Virus record (IMG/VR): IMGVR_UViG_3300032180_000001
Location: 64,001 to 128,000 of that record
DNA from: a virus
DNA length: 64,000 nucleotides
Strand: one strand, 5' to 3'
Shown here piece after piece: positions 1 through 7,568 of the stretch. The notes under the pieces are model-generated. The model saw only the letters and a list, made by a program, of their open reading frames with translations. It was not told where the DNA came from and searched no databases. The translations under genes and the position numbers were made by a program. How positions within the stretch are numbered: the first letter of the stretch is position 1; each line of letters starts with the position of its first letter.

Positions 1-525
1 CTGGACAACGTATCGCCGGGATGGTCCTTCAACTGATTTTACTTTAGACAGCGATGTCGGGCCGAGGCACTTGTGATCTACGACACAGCGCTCAAGGGCA
101 TCGTAGAGGTCAGCATGTCCCGGATAATCTGGATGGGGAACAACCTTAGTCTCGGTAACCCATCGGAGGATGTGCTCTCGCGCGTTATCTCCTTCAAACG
201 CGTCAGCAAGCCAGGCGTGAATAGCGGTTCCGCAGATACTAGGCCAGGGGTCCGAGACGTGGTTGGTTCGCGGGATGCCAGCTAGCTTTCCGATCACCTG
301 CCTGTCGCATGCAGCTCCGATTTCGCTCGGCCCGAGATGTACTTGCAGCGAACGCGGTGCACGATTTGCCTGTCGAACAACAACACCTCGCAACTCCCTA
401 GCGTAACGACTTGCCCACTCTGAGTTTCCATCTACCCCTCGAGGCGCGGTGGCCATGTATTGCTGTGGAGAGATGTGCTGCGGAGAAGAAGCCATGAACT
501 CGTCAGGGCTGATACGGGGCGCCAT
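1..525 (-). CDS. Cas4/RecB-family PD-(D/E)xK exonuclease (partial, runs off left end)
   Basis: Manual translation of the minus strand from ATG 525 gives MAPRISPDEF...HLGPSEIGAACDRQ...WPSICGTAIHAWL...PGHADLYD...VVDHKCLG, open to position 1. Not in the ORF track. The GPSEIG-C-R, GTAIH, D-L-Y-D and D-H-K motifs are typical of phage Cas4-like nucleases. Confidence 0.8.
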   Translation of the reverse strand, partial: MAPRISPDEFMASSPQHISPQQYMATAPRGVDGNSEWASRYARELRGVVVRQANRAPRSLQVHLGPSEIGAACDRQVIGKLAGIPRTNHVSDPWPSICGTAIHAWLADAFEGDNAREHILRWVTETKVVPHPDYPGHADLYDALERCVVDHKCLGPTSLSKVKSVEGPSRRYVVQ

Positions 526-571
526 CTCAGTAGTGTAGGTCTCATTTTCGGCCTACGCTATACTAGCTTCC
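526..571. promoter_or_regulatory. Back-to-back leaderless-type promoters
   Basis: Minus-strand TACACT (537-532) lies 6 nt before ATG 525. Plus-strand TATACT (559-564) lies 7 nt before GTG 572. Confidence 0.5.
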
Positions 572-964
572 GTGGCCAACAATTTTCCATCCCAGCCATC
601 CGGCTTGGCGCTCGCCTCACTGAACTACGTCGTCAAGTTCGCCCCGCTGAGCGGACTTCCGCCGGTCAGCCCGTTCGCGTTCACAGGGGTGGCAACCGCC
701 CTGGTGACGCAGTTCGCGGCCGGGCAATGGGGGATAAACTTCGACTTCACGGTGCCGGGCCAGACGGGCTCGTTCGATCAGGATGCCGTTGAGGCGGGAA
801 TGAAAGTATGGCTGGAACTAGTCGCACAGGCACTGGCCGCCATTCTCGGCGTTACCCAGGCGCAGGCATCAGCCGGGATTACCGTGACGCGAATCTGGAC
901 GTGGCAGGACGACAGCGCGAGCAACGTCAGCAGCATGAGCGAGAGCTGGCCTTGGACGGCTTAA
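572..964 (+). CDS. hypothetical protein (solitary plus-strand gene)
   Basis: 130-aa ORF with natural composition. It fills the gap between two minus-strand genes and has its own -10 box. Confidence 0.65.
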   Translation: MANNFPSQPSGLALASLNYVVKFAPLSGLPPVSPFAFTGVATALVTQFAAGQWGINFDFTVPGQTGSFDQDAVEAGMKVWLELVAQALAAILGVTQAQASAGITVTRIWTWQDDSASNVSSMSESWPWTA

Positions 965-1644
965 CCCACGACCCTGCTCACGATGATCAGCACAGTAAGA
1001 AAGAAAGTAAAGACAAGAACACTCCACATGAGCTGCCGCTGGACCAGCGATACTTTGTCCGAACAAATGCTACTGGCGAGCGGCGGGTTATCTGGAGTGA
1101 CGAAACTGAGCATCCGCTCCCGATCAACGCTTGCCCCCGTTCTGGCAAAGTCATTTCGCGCATGCCGCCAGCCGTGGTAGCTTTCCTCGCCACCGTCCAC
1201 ATCACCCAGCGGGCCGAGGTAGAACGGAGACCGGTAGTCGCTATCGTCGTCGCTAATCGTTTCCCTAATGACGAAGGGCTCGTCGAGTCGCGTGATATCC
1301 TGTTCCTCAGCTGCCTCGACGGAATTTTCCGCAGGATCTACCCGAGCCCGGTGCACACCAGAAAGGATGCCGTTCTTATGACAGGCTCGGCACCATCGCT
1401 CCGTCCTGAGGGCTATCGGATCCGATACCTTCCCGCAAACCTCGCACTGCCACAGGTACTCACTCATCGCCGTCTCCTCCTGCGCTGAATGTACGCCTCC
1501 ATCAGGATCGGCCCTAACTCGGTGCATGCCCGTGACGATGCCGTCCTCATGGCAGTTCCGGCACCATCGCGTTGTTGCCTCAGCCTGCGTCCAGCATTTG
1601 ATTCCGCAAACCTCGCACTGCCACATCTTCCAGTCTCTGCTCAT
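961..1644 (-). CDS. protein with two tandem Zn-finger (WQCEVCG...WCRxCH) domains and a C-terminal TM helix
   Basis: Duplicated CxxC...CxxC units; ATGA overlap with the upstream gene; hydrophobic C-terminus. Confidence 0.75.
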   Translation of the reverse strand: MSRDWKMWQCEVCGIKCWTQAEATTRWCRNCHEDGIVTGMHRVRADPDGGVHSAQEETAMSEYLWQCEVCGKVSDPIALRTERWCRACHKNGILSGVHRARVDPAENSVEAAEEQDITRLDEPFVIRETISDDDSDYRSPFYLGPLGDVDGGEESYHGWRHARNDFARTGASVDRERMLSFVTPDNPPLASSICSDKVSLVQRQLMWSVLVFTFFLTVLIIVSRVVG

Positions 1645-1683
1645 CGTCTCCTCCTGCGCTGAATGTACGCCTCCATCAGGATC
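1433..1683. repeat. ~174-bp-period direct duplication with an exact 39-bp copy (1471-1509 and 1645-1683)
   Basis: cgtctcctcctgcgctgaatgtacgcctccatcaggatc occurs twice; ccgcaaacctcgcactgccaca also occurs twice. Confidence 0.9.
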
Positions 1684-1775
1684 AGCAGGACGAGGATCAG
1701 GCAGCTGACTCCGATGAGGATCCTCACGACCGGGCTGTACGGGAGGTCACCCAGCGGAAACGGCGGGCCGGTCAT
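1641..1775 (-). CDS. small membrane protein (44 aa)
   Basis: MTGPPFPLGD...ILIGVSCLILVLLILMEAYIQRRRRR; ATGA overlaps at both ends. Confidence 0.65.
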   Translation of the reverse strand: MTGPPFPLGDLPYSPVVRILIGVSCLILVLLILMEAYIQRRRRR

Positions 1776-1960
1776 GATGGCTGCCACGGCACGATGATCA
1801 ACTGGTAGCGGCCGATCGGGATGATCCGCTGCATGTAAGCGAAATGCGTGTAGTGGACGGACAGCTTCAGGCAGGGACAGAGAACGTTAAATGTTATGTC
1901 TGACGTCGTCGCCACGTCCCCGCACCGCGGGCACTGCCAGCGGATCACGATGGCTGCCAT
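1772..1960 (-). CDS. small zinc-ribbon protein, array member 5
   Basis: WQCPRCG...CPC...YQLIIVPWQPS; start may be GTG 1948 overlapping the upstream stop. Confidence 0.75.
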   Translation of the reverse strand: MAAIVIRWQCPRCGDVATTSDITFNVLCPCLKLSVHYTHFAYMQRIIPIGRYQLIIVPWQPS

Positions 1961-2136
1961 AGCACAATGACAATGCGGTAGGGAGCGAGCACTTCACGCA
2001 TGGTCGGGGTGGCCAGCAAATACGGGTCGCAGGCAAGACAGAAGTCAGGGATCGCAGGATAACTCGTCTTAATCCGGTGCCCGCAGACTGTGCACTCCCA
2101 GTCCCAGAGCTGGAAATCGCTCATGATGGCTGCCAC
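1945..2136 (-). CDS. small zinc-ribbon protein, array member 4
   Basis: WECTVCG...CLAC...YRIVIVLWQPS. Confidence 0.75.
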   Translation of the reverse strand: MAAIMSDFQLWDWECTVCGHRIKTSYPAIPDFCLACDPYLLATPTMREVLAPYRIVIVLWQPS

Positions 2137-2309
2137 ACTACGATGACAATGCGGTAGGGAGCAAGCACTTCACGCAGGGTCGGGGTGCGCAGCCAGTACG
2201 GGTCGCAGGCAAAGCAAAATCTATAAGCCATAGGTCCCGTCGTGAGCCGGTAGCCGCAGTCTGTGCACTCCCAGTTCCGGGCAAAGAAATCGCTCACGAT
2301 GGCCGCCAC
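2121..2309 (-). CDS. small zinc-ribbon protein, array member 3 (close paralog of member 4)
   Basis: WECTDCG...CFAC...YRIVIVVWQPS; start adjusted from the ORF-track 2363 by analogy with its paralogs. Confidence 0.75.
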   Translation of the reverse strand: MAAIVSDFFARNWECTDCGYRLTTGPMAYRFCFACDPYWLRTPTLREVLAPYRIVIVVWQPS

Positions 2310-2545
2310 GGTACGATTACCAAACGATACGGGTGCTCGGGTGTCAGCGGTGGCGTTCCCCACGGAATCTTCTTCATGAACGTAGTCTGCGTGAACGTTT
2401 CATAAGGATCAAACGTCTCCCAGGGCACGGGTATCTTCTGCAAGGAAGAGCAGCCGCAGACCGCTTGGCAGTAATAACCCGGAGTAACGAACTGACTTCC
2501 GCATCTCGGGCATTCCCACAGAATATCGCTCACGATGGCTGCCAC
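2294..2545 (-). CDS. small zinc-ribbon protein, array member 2
   Basis: WECPRCG...CGC...YRLVIVPWRPS. Confidence 0.75.
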   Translation of the reverse strand: MAAIVSDILWECPRCGSQFVTPGYYCQAVCGCSSLQKIPVPWETFDPYETFTQTTFMKKIPWGTPPLTPEHPYRLVIVPWRPS

Positions 2546-2694
2546 GGCACGACTACCAGGCGAACATTTACAAGACGCATGACTGTGAACGGAAATTCAG
2601 GGCCGAGGCAGCCGCAGACCCAGATGAGATTGAACTCAGAATTATCCGAGCCAGTTGCTTCACTCCCGCATTTCGGGCATTTCCAGATATTCAC
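2530..2694 (-). CDS. small zinc-ribbon protein, array member 1
   Basis: GTG 2694 preceded by GGGGAG; WKCPKCG...CGC...VRLVVVPWQPS. Confidence 0.75.
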   Translation of the reverse strand: MNIWKCPKCGSEATGSDNSEFNLIWVCGCLGPEFPFTVMRLVNVRLVVVPWQPS

Positions 2695-2698
2695 CGCG

Positions 2699-2959
2699 TT
2701 ACTCCCCGACCGGCCGTCCGCCTCGCCCGGAGCTATCACAGAGCCCCATGATCAGATCGTGCATGAAAATCAGCACCCGGCTGCCGTCATCGCGGACAAT
2801 GATCGCCGCCGCGTACGGGCCGTTGCCCTTGCGTCCCGGGTGCGGACCCTCCCAGATAAACCAGCGGTGGCGGCTGACTAGGTCGTAGTCTTCGTCGTCT
2901 ACTTTCGCAGTGCGAGTGTCGAGCGTACCGCGGGGGCCGTAAAGCGGGATTTCTTTCAC
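2699..2959 (-). pseudogene. truncated HNH-AP2 endonuclease (N-terminal part only)
   Basis: MKEIPLYG...VDDEDY...GPYA...MHDLIMG matches the N-termini of 2964-3488 and 4794-5375 but ends before the HNH motif. Confidence 0.7.
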
Positions 2960-2963
2960 TGTT

Positions 2964-3488
2964 TTAATTCCCTTCGCCGAGCGCTGATTGTTCGTTAGGG
3001 CCAGCGAAGTTCAGTCGGGCAAACTCTCCCCATGCCTTTCTCGCAGCAGTATCGTAAGCACAAGCAGCATCTTCTTCAACAGTAAAGCTTCCAATATAAT
3101 AAGTCTTGCCGTTTATTCTTATTGTTGCGATCCATCTGTATTTGCTTCGATAAACACCCTTAAATTTAGACGTTCCAGATCGAGAATATCCATTCGCCTT
3201 ATTCTGAGTATCTGTAGCGATACGAAGATTACTGCGCTGATTATTAAGGCCATTTCCATCACGGTGATCGATGTTTGTAGCACCTAGAATGAGGCAGTGC
3301 ATCCGAATTGTAGTTCCAGAGCCGTCCGCGCGCTTTATGGAAGAAACTGCATAAGGACCATGGAGGCGTCCAGGACGTTTTTCTTCAAGGATATGCCACT
3401 TGTATTGACTAACTAGCTGATAATCTTCATCATCGACGAGAGCAACGCGACCTGCTGCTTTTTTGCCGTTAAGTATTATTTCTTTCAT
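2964..3488 (-). CDS. HNH endonuclease with AP2 DNA-binding domain
   Basis: IDHRDGNGLNNQRSNLR HNH motif plus SKFKGV...WIATI...YIGSF...AACAYD...GEFARLNF AP2 motif; visibly AT-richer than its flanks. Confidence 0.9.
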   Translation of the reverse strand: MKEIILNGKKAAGRVALVDDEDYQLVSQYKWHILEEKRPGRLHGPYAVSSIKRADGSGTTIRMHCLILGATNIDHRDGNGLNNQRSNLRIATDTQNKANGYSRSGTSKFKGVYRSKYRWIATIRINGKTYYIGSFTVEEDAACAYDTAARKAWGEFARLNFAGPNEQSALGEGN

Positions 3489-3826
3489 TATATTTTCCTG
3501 ATCTCCCAGAATCCGATCTTCTTCTCGTAGCGTACATACATTTCCGGCTGCTCTTCCTTGAACCTCTTGCTGTCAAATCTGTACGGTGTCATCCAGGCCA
3601 GCTTCAGCTTCGGCAGACCCGGTGTCCCGGTGATGCTGGCGCGAGTCGTTCCCTCCGGGCATGCCGCAGTAGTCTCCGCCTTGATCGCATCCTTGATCGC
3701 CTCGAACCGGCTCGCTGCTTCTTCGGCGGCGGCCTTCGCGCTCTCATACGAGGCCAGTAGCTCCTCGAGACGGCTCCCCGGCTGCGCGGAAACCTGAAAC
3801 GGCGGCTCCTTCGGCTGCTCGGTCAC
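3488..3826 (-). CDS. hypothetical phage protein (coiled coil; C-terminus resembles YqaJ-type tails)
   Basis: Coiled-coil N-terminus and RFDSKRFKEEQPEMY motif; coupled to its neighbours. Confidence 0.6.
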   Translation of the reverse strand: MTEQPKEPPFQVSAQPGSRLEELLASYESAKAAAEEAASRFEAIKDAIKAETTAACPEGTTRASITGTPGLPKLKLAWMTPYRFDSKRFKEEQPEMYVRYEKKIGFWEIRKI

Positions 3827-4209
3827 TGCACCAGTCCTCTCGCGACGGCGCGCTCCCGTGCCTCCGGGGTCATGAACTGCACTGGCTTGCCGAGCTTCTC
3901 CGCGTGCGCGATCTCGCCGGCTGTGCTCGGTCCGAAGTAGCCGCTCTCGTCTGACACGACAAACACCCAGTCGGCCAGGGCGATCTTGTGCCGGTGCAGT
4001 TCGTCGAGCCGGATCTTGTCATCGTCGGTGATGTGCAGGTACGCGTCCGACTTGGTGTCGCAGCCGATCGACAGCACGATCTCGCCCGCCAGAGTCAGTC
4101 GGAAGTTCGCCTCCCTGAAAAGATCGTAGAAGCGAGTGCTTCCGCACAGGCATACGATGCGCGGCCGGGTGGGTGGCCACAGACCGTTATCCTCGAGCTG
4201 GTCGGTCAC
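3823..4209 (-). CDS. nucleoside 2-deoxyribosyltransferase-like / DUF4406-like protein
   Basis: IVCLCGSTRF...LHRHKIALADWVFVV...GYFGPSTAGEIAHA...GKPV pattern. Confidence 0.65.
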   Translation of the reverse strand: MTDQLEDNGLWPPTRPRIVCLCGSTRFYDLFREANFRLTLAGEIVLSIGCDTKSDAYLHITDDDKIRLDELHRHKIALADWVFVVSDESGYFGPSTAGEIAHAEKLGKPVQFMTPEARERAVARGLVQ

Positions 4210-4327
4210 AGCGGTGCTCCCTCGTGTCTGGCGGTACGATCGTTGTGAGTATAGAACCTATGTTGCGTCAGGGGGAAGCCTGACTTAGACTCTTAGAGAC
4301 TCAACGGAGCCTGTACTAAGGGGGCAC

Positions 4328-4708
4328 ATGTTCATCACAGGTGTTGATGATGACATAGTTTCATGCCGAGCCTACGGCCACCGCTGGCCCTCGAAGAACC
4401 TGCGATCCGGTCGGAAGCTGCCCAGGGGCTTCGTTCCGCGGGCGGTTCATAATGGCAGCGTGGAGATCACCGAGATATGCCCTGACTGCGGGAAGAAGCG
4501 GGTCACCGTGACGCTGCCTGGCGGAGCCTTCAACAAGGAGGTCATCCGGAACTACGTCGACCCGCCGAACTGGCCGGTGTTCAAGGGCGATGATCGCAAG
4601 ACGCCACGGGACTTCCAGGCAGAGATGTATCGTAGGGTGAACGAAGAGCTGATGGCCGAAGCGCGCAGGAACCCGCTACCCCACGACGGGGATGCTTCGG
4701 GTGACTGA
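4328..4708 (+). CDS. hypothetical protein with CRxxGHxW and CxxC motifs
   Basis: SD-like AAGGGGG upstream; first gene of the rightward cluster. Confidence 0.7.
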   Translation: MFITGVDDDIVSCRAYGHRWPSKNLRSGRKLPRGFVPRAVHNGSVEITEICPDCGKKRVTVTLPGGAFNKEVIRNYVDPPNWPVFKGDDRKTPRDFQAEMYRRVNEELMAEARRNPLPHDGDASGD

Positions 4709-4793
4709 CCTTCAAGGTAGCCTGAGGAGCAGAGAATGCCCTGGCACCGCGCCAACGGCCCAGGGCTGGCCACTGCCCCCGGAGAACAGCGAC

Positions 4794-5375
4794 ATGAAAA
4801 CTATACCGCTGTATGGTAAGAAGGCTGCTGGGCGTGTCGCACTAGTCGACGACGAAGACTACGAGCTAGCTATGAGGTACAGGTGGCACGTTTTTGAAAG
4901 AAAACAACCATCGGGTAACACAAATGGCCCTTATGCCTCCACCAACGTCAGAAAGCCTGACGGCTCCAAGCGTATTATCCGCATGCATCAACTGCTCATG
5001 GGGTTTCCCGCATGCGACATAGACCACAGTAATCACAATAGTCTAGACAACCAGCGCAGTACTAATCTGCGCTTGGCCACTCGCAGCCAAAACAACGCAA
5101 ATCAGATACCTCGATCAGGAAAAACTTCTGTATACAAGGGTGTTTCCTGGCATAAAGGCGCTAAAAAATGGACAGCTAATATCACTGTATACAGTAAACA
5201 GTGCTACCTCGGACTCTTCCTTAGCGAAGAAAATGCCGCCAGAGCGTACGATAAGGCTGCACTTGAGACATGGGGCGATCGAGCGCTGCTTAACTTTCGC
5301 CGGGTGAACGATGAGCTGATGGCCGAGGCGCGCAGGAACCCGCTGCCTAGCGACGAGCCTGAGGAGCCCGAATGA
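4794..5375 (+). CDS. HNH endonuclease with AP2 domain, C-terminally fused to a duplicated end of the upstream gene
   Basis: Start chosen by homology to 2964-3488 (MKTIPLYGKKAAGRVALVDDEDY) and GGAG SD; IDHSNHNSLDNQRSTNLR and AP2 motifs present. Confidence 0.9.
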   Translation: MKTIPLYGKKAAGRVALVDDEDYELAMRYRWHVFERKQPSGNTNGPYASTNVRKPDGSKRIIRMHQLLMGFPACDIDHSNHNSLDNQRSTNLRLATRSQNNANQIPRSGKTSVYKGVSWHKGAKKWTANITVYSKQCYLGLFLSEENAARAYDKAALETWGDRALLNFRRVNDELMAEARRNPLPSDEPEEPE

Positions 5376-5611
5376 CAACCGAGACGGAGCCGGCTGCTTC
5401 CTCCCTGCACGATCGCATCATCGGTCTGCTGTCGGCCGGCGGACCGGAGCAGATCCGGGCGGCCCTCGTCACGGTGCTGGAACGCCACGCCCCCCTACGC
5501 GATGACTGGGGCAGCATCTCGTGTGCATGCTGGTCGAAGCTCGGGCACCCAGCCTGGCCCTGCTCGGAACTGAAGCAGATCATCATGGCGCTATCGGAGG
5601 AGACGGAATGA
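5372..5611 (+). CDS. hypothetical protein
   Basis: ATGA coupling on both sides. Confidence 0.6.
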   Translation: MTTETEPAASSLHDRIIGLLSAGGPEQIRAALVTVLERHAPLRDDWGSISCACWSKLGHPAWPCSELKQIIMALSEETE

Positions 5612-5949
5612 CGACCACGGCAGAAAACCTGCGGAAGGCCGCGAGCCTGCTCCGCGAGCGCGGGCACTGCAAGAACGCCCTGGAAGACGATGACGGCCGG
5701 CTGTGCATGATCGGCGCCTGGAATCTGGCCGTTCTGGGCCACAGCAAGAGCACCCCCAGTCGTCACGGCTGCGCGGACGTAATCATGGACATTGTCGGCG
5801 AGCAGTTCCCCGACCGAGTTCCGAATTACATACTGTGGTCCTGGGCGACATTCAACAACCATGACGACACCACCGCTGATGACGTGATCATGGTGCTGGA
5901 GAAGGCTGCTGCCCGGCTGGAGGAGAACGATGAAAATCCTCGGGCGTAA
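5608..5949 (+). CDS. DUF6197-like actinophage protein
   Basis: LRKAASLLRERGHCK...GRLCMIGA...FNNHDDTTADDVIMVLEKAA pattern; GGAGG SD. Confidence 0.6.
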   Translation: MTTTAENLRKAASLLRERGHCKNALEDDDGRLCMIGAWNLAVLGHSKSTPSRHGCADVIMDIVGEQFPDRVPNYILWSWATFNNHDDTTADDVIMVLEKAAARLEENDENPRA

Positions 5950-6154
5950 TGCTGTGCAATCAGCGCAGGCTATTATCCTCGCCGTGAAATCATGGGATGA
6001 GCTGACGCAAACCATTATGAATGCTCAGGATGAGGCAGCCCGCAAACGAGATGATCCTTTCTTCAAGGGGGCATCGGCTGCCTACGCTAGCGTGCTCGAC
6101 TGGATGCAGGAGCTAGAAAAAAGAAATGGCCCGCTCGGAGGAAGAATCCGATGA
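5930..6154 (+). CDS. hypothetical protein
   Basis: SD-led ORF within the coupled cluster. Confidence 0.55.
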   Translation: MKILGRNAVQSAQAIILAVKSWDELTQTIMNAQDEAARKRDDPFFKGASAAYASVLDWMQELEKRNGPLGGRIR

Positions 6155-6372
6155 GTGAGTTCATCCTGACCACCTGCGGATGCAATGAGCCCCAGGTAAC
6201 CCCTCCCCCGCGATGCACAAACTGCGGCCGGTACAGCCACCGCGTAGATGACGGCTACAAGATTCCTCCCCGGGAAGGCCTGCTAACCGAGTGGTTTTTC
6301 CGGCGCTGGGCACGGCATAGGAACCAGCAGCCGCCGAAGCTGTCGGGTCGGATAACGACGGACTCATCATGA
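6151..6372 (+). CDS. hypothetical Cys-containing protein
   Basis: ATGA overlaps; CxC and CxxC motifs. Confidence 0.55.
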   Translation: MSEFILTTCGCNEPQVTPPPRCTNCGRYSHRVDDGYKIPPREGLLTEWFFRRWARHRNQQPPKLSGRITTDSS

Positions 6373-6773
6373 CCACTATTTACCTGGCTGTCAGCGGTGA
6401 GTATAGCGACTCCCGGGTCTGCCACGCGTTCAGCCGCCGGGAAGACGCCGAGAGCTACAAATTGGGCGTTGACGTGAGGGAGCTGGAGCTGCATGACGGC
6501 CCCGTCGAAGTGCGAGAATGGCACATGCTCTGGTGGCGGACAGATCTTCCCGACAGGGAGACGATACCGGGTTTCGCGAACGCCAATCCATACGAGTCAT
6601 TTTTGCTCCAGGACTTTAACGGCGACGAGCGGTACTGCCGTCATGACTGGAAAGGTGCGCCTGCCACATCTGCGGGTGTTCTTACCGTCCAGGGCTGGAA
6701 TCTCGATCAGGTTCGCAAGGTCTACTCAGAGCAGCGGGCACAGTACCTCGCAGGGAAAGAAGGCATCGCGTGA
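6369..6773 (+). CDS. hypothetical phage protein
   Basis: IYLAVSGEYSD...FSRREDAE N-terminal motif common in phage small proteins; coupled. Confidence 0.6.
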   Translation: MTTIYLAVSGEYSDSRVCHAFSRREDAESYKLGVDVRELELHDGPVEVREWHMLWWRTDLPDRETIPGFANANPYESFLLQDFNGDERYCRHDWKGAPATSAGVLTVQGWNLDQVRKVYSEQRAQYLAGKEGIA

Positions 6774-7366
6774 CCGAGCCGAAAATGCCTGAGCACATCC
6801 ATGACGATGACGGAACCGTCGAGGGCTGCCCCGGCTGCTTCGCGGAACCTCCTCTCGGAACGCGGCTATTCTATGAAGCGATGAAACGCGATGAGGCGAT
6901 CGAAGCAGAAAGACGGGAATCGGCCATCGTCCAGAGCCCGGACATGATCACCGAACTGCGGCCAGGCCAGATCATCGTAGTGGGAACGAACATCCGCGGG
7001 CTGCACGCCAGTGGCGCGGCCTGGTACGCGCACCAGCATTTCGGGCTCCGCTGGGGTGTCGGCCAGGGGCTGTCCGGACAGACGTACGCGCTGCCCACCA
7101 TGGAAGGCTGGAACGAGCTGCGCCTTGCTGCCGCCCTGTTCTGCAGCTACGCCGCGCTGTCCCACGACCTGACCTTCCTGCTGACCAAGGTGGGCTGCGG
7201 CATCGCCGGCTACGAGGAAGAGAAGGTCAGCGCGCTGTTCGCGAAAGCCCCGGTCAACGTGCTGCGCCCGACTGGGTGGCCGCCGTTCAAAGGTAAGCCC
7301 ATTGTTCATCCGGAACCTTACCAAGGCACTCTCCTGAAGCCGAAGCAGGCAAAGAAACATGACTGA
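6770..7366 (+). CDS. macro-domain-like protein (A1S_2505-type)
   Basis: IIVVGTNIRGLHASGAA...FG...G.G.GLSGQTYALPT...FLLTKVGCGIAGY motifs. Confidence 0.7.
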   Translation: MTEPKMPEHIHDDDGTVEGCPGCFAEPPLGTRLFYEAMKRDEAIEAERRESAIVQSPDMITELRPGQIIVVGTNIRGLHASGAAWYAHQHFGLRWGVGQGLSGQTYALPTMEGWNELRLAAALFCSYAALSHDLTFLLTKVGCGIAGYEEEKVSALFAKAPVNVLRPTGWPPFKGKPIVHPEPYQGTLLKPKQAKKHD

Positions 7367-7568
7367 CAGCGAAGACGACGAGCCTGTCGACTGGACTGGT
7401 GTGACTGGGCGCCTGCTGCTGAATTTCGTTCCCGAGGATAAACGCGAAGAGGCTGCGGGCTTTCTCGAAGTTTACCGGCAGGATGTCCGTGCCGCCACCG
7501 TTCATGATGTCGAAGTATGGCTGCGGGCAATCATTGAGCAAGCTAAAAAGGAGAACAACAATGGATAA
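7359..7568 (+). CDS. hypothetical protein
   Basis: ORF in the coupled cluster. Confidence 0.55.
   Translation: MTDSEDDEPVDWTGVTGRLLLNFVPEDKREEAAGFLEVYRQDVRAATVHDVEVWLRAIIEQAKKENNNG

Larger units (their letters stand above)
1772..2545 (-). repeat. five copies of the gene-junction motif TGGCRGCCATCRTGA
   Basis: Copies end at 2530, 2294, 2121, 1945 and 1772; spacings are 236, 173, 176 and 173 bp. Confidence 0.9.

Noticed and set aside
1772-2545. CRISPR array next to a Cas4-like gene
   Set aside because: The repeats are only 15 bp, non-palindromic and coding, and the intervening units are 160-220 bp open reading frames; no cas1/cas2 is present.
1772-2694. Integron cassette array or diversity-generating retroelement
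   Set aside because: No attC-like inverted repeats, integrase or reverse transcriptase in the window; differences between paralogs are not adenine-specific.
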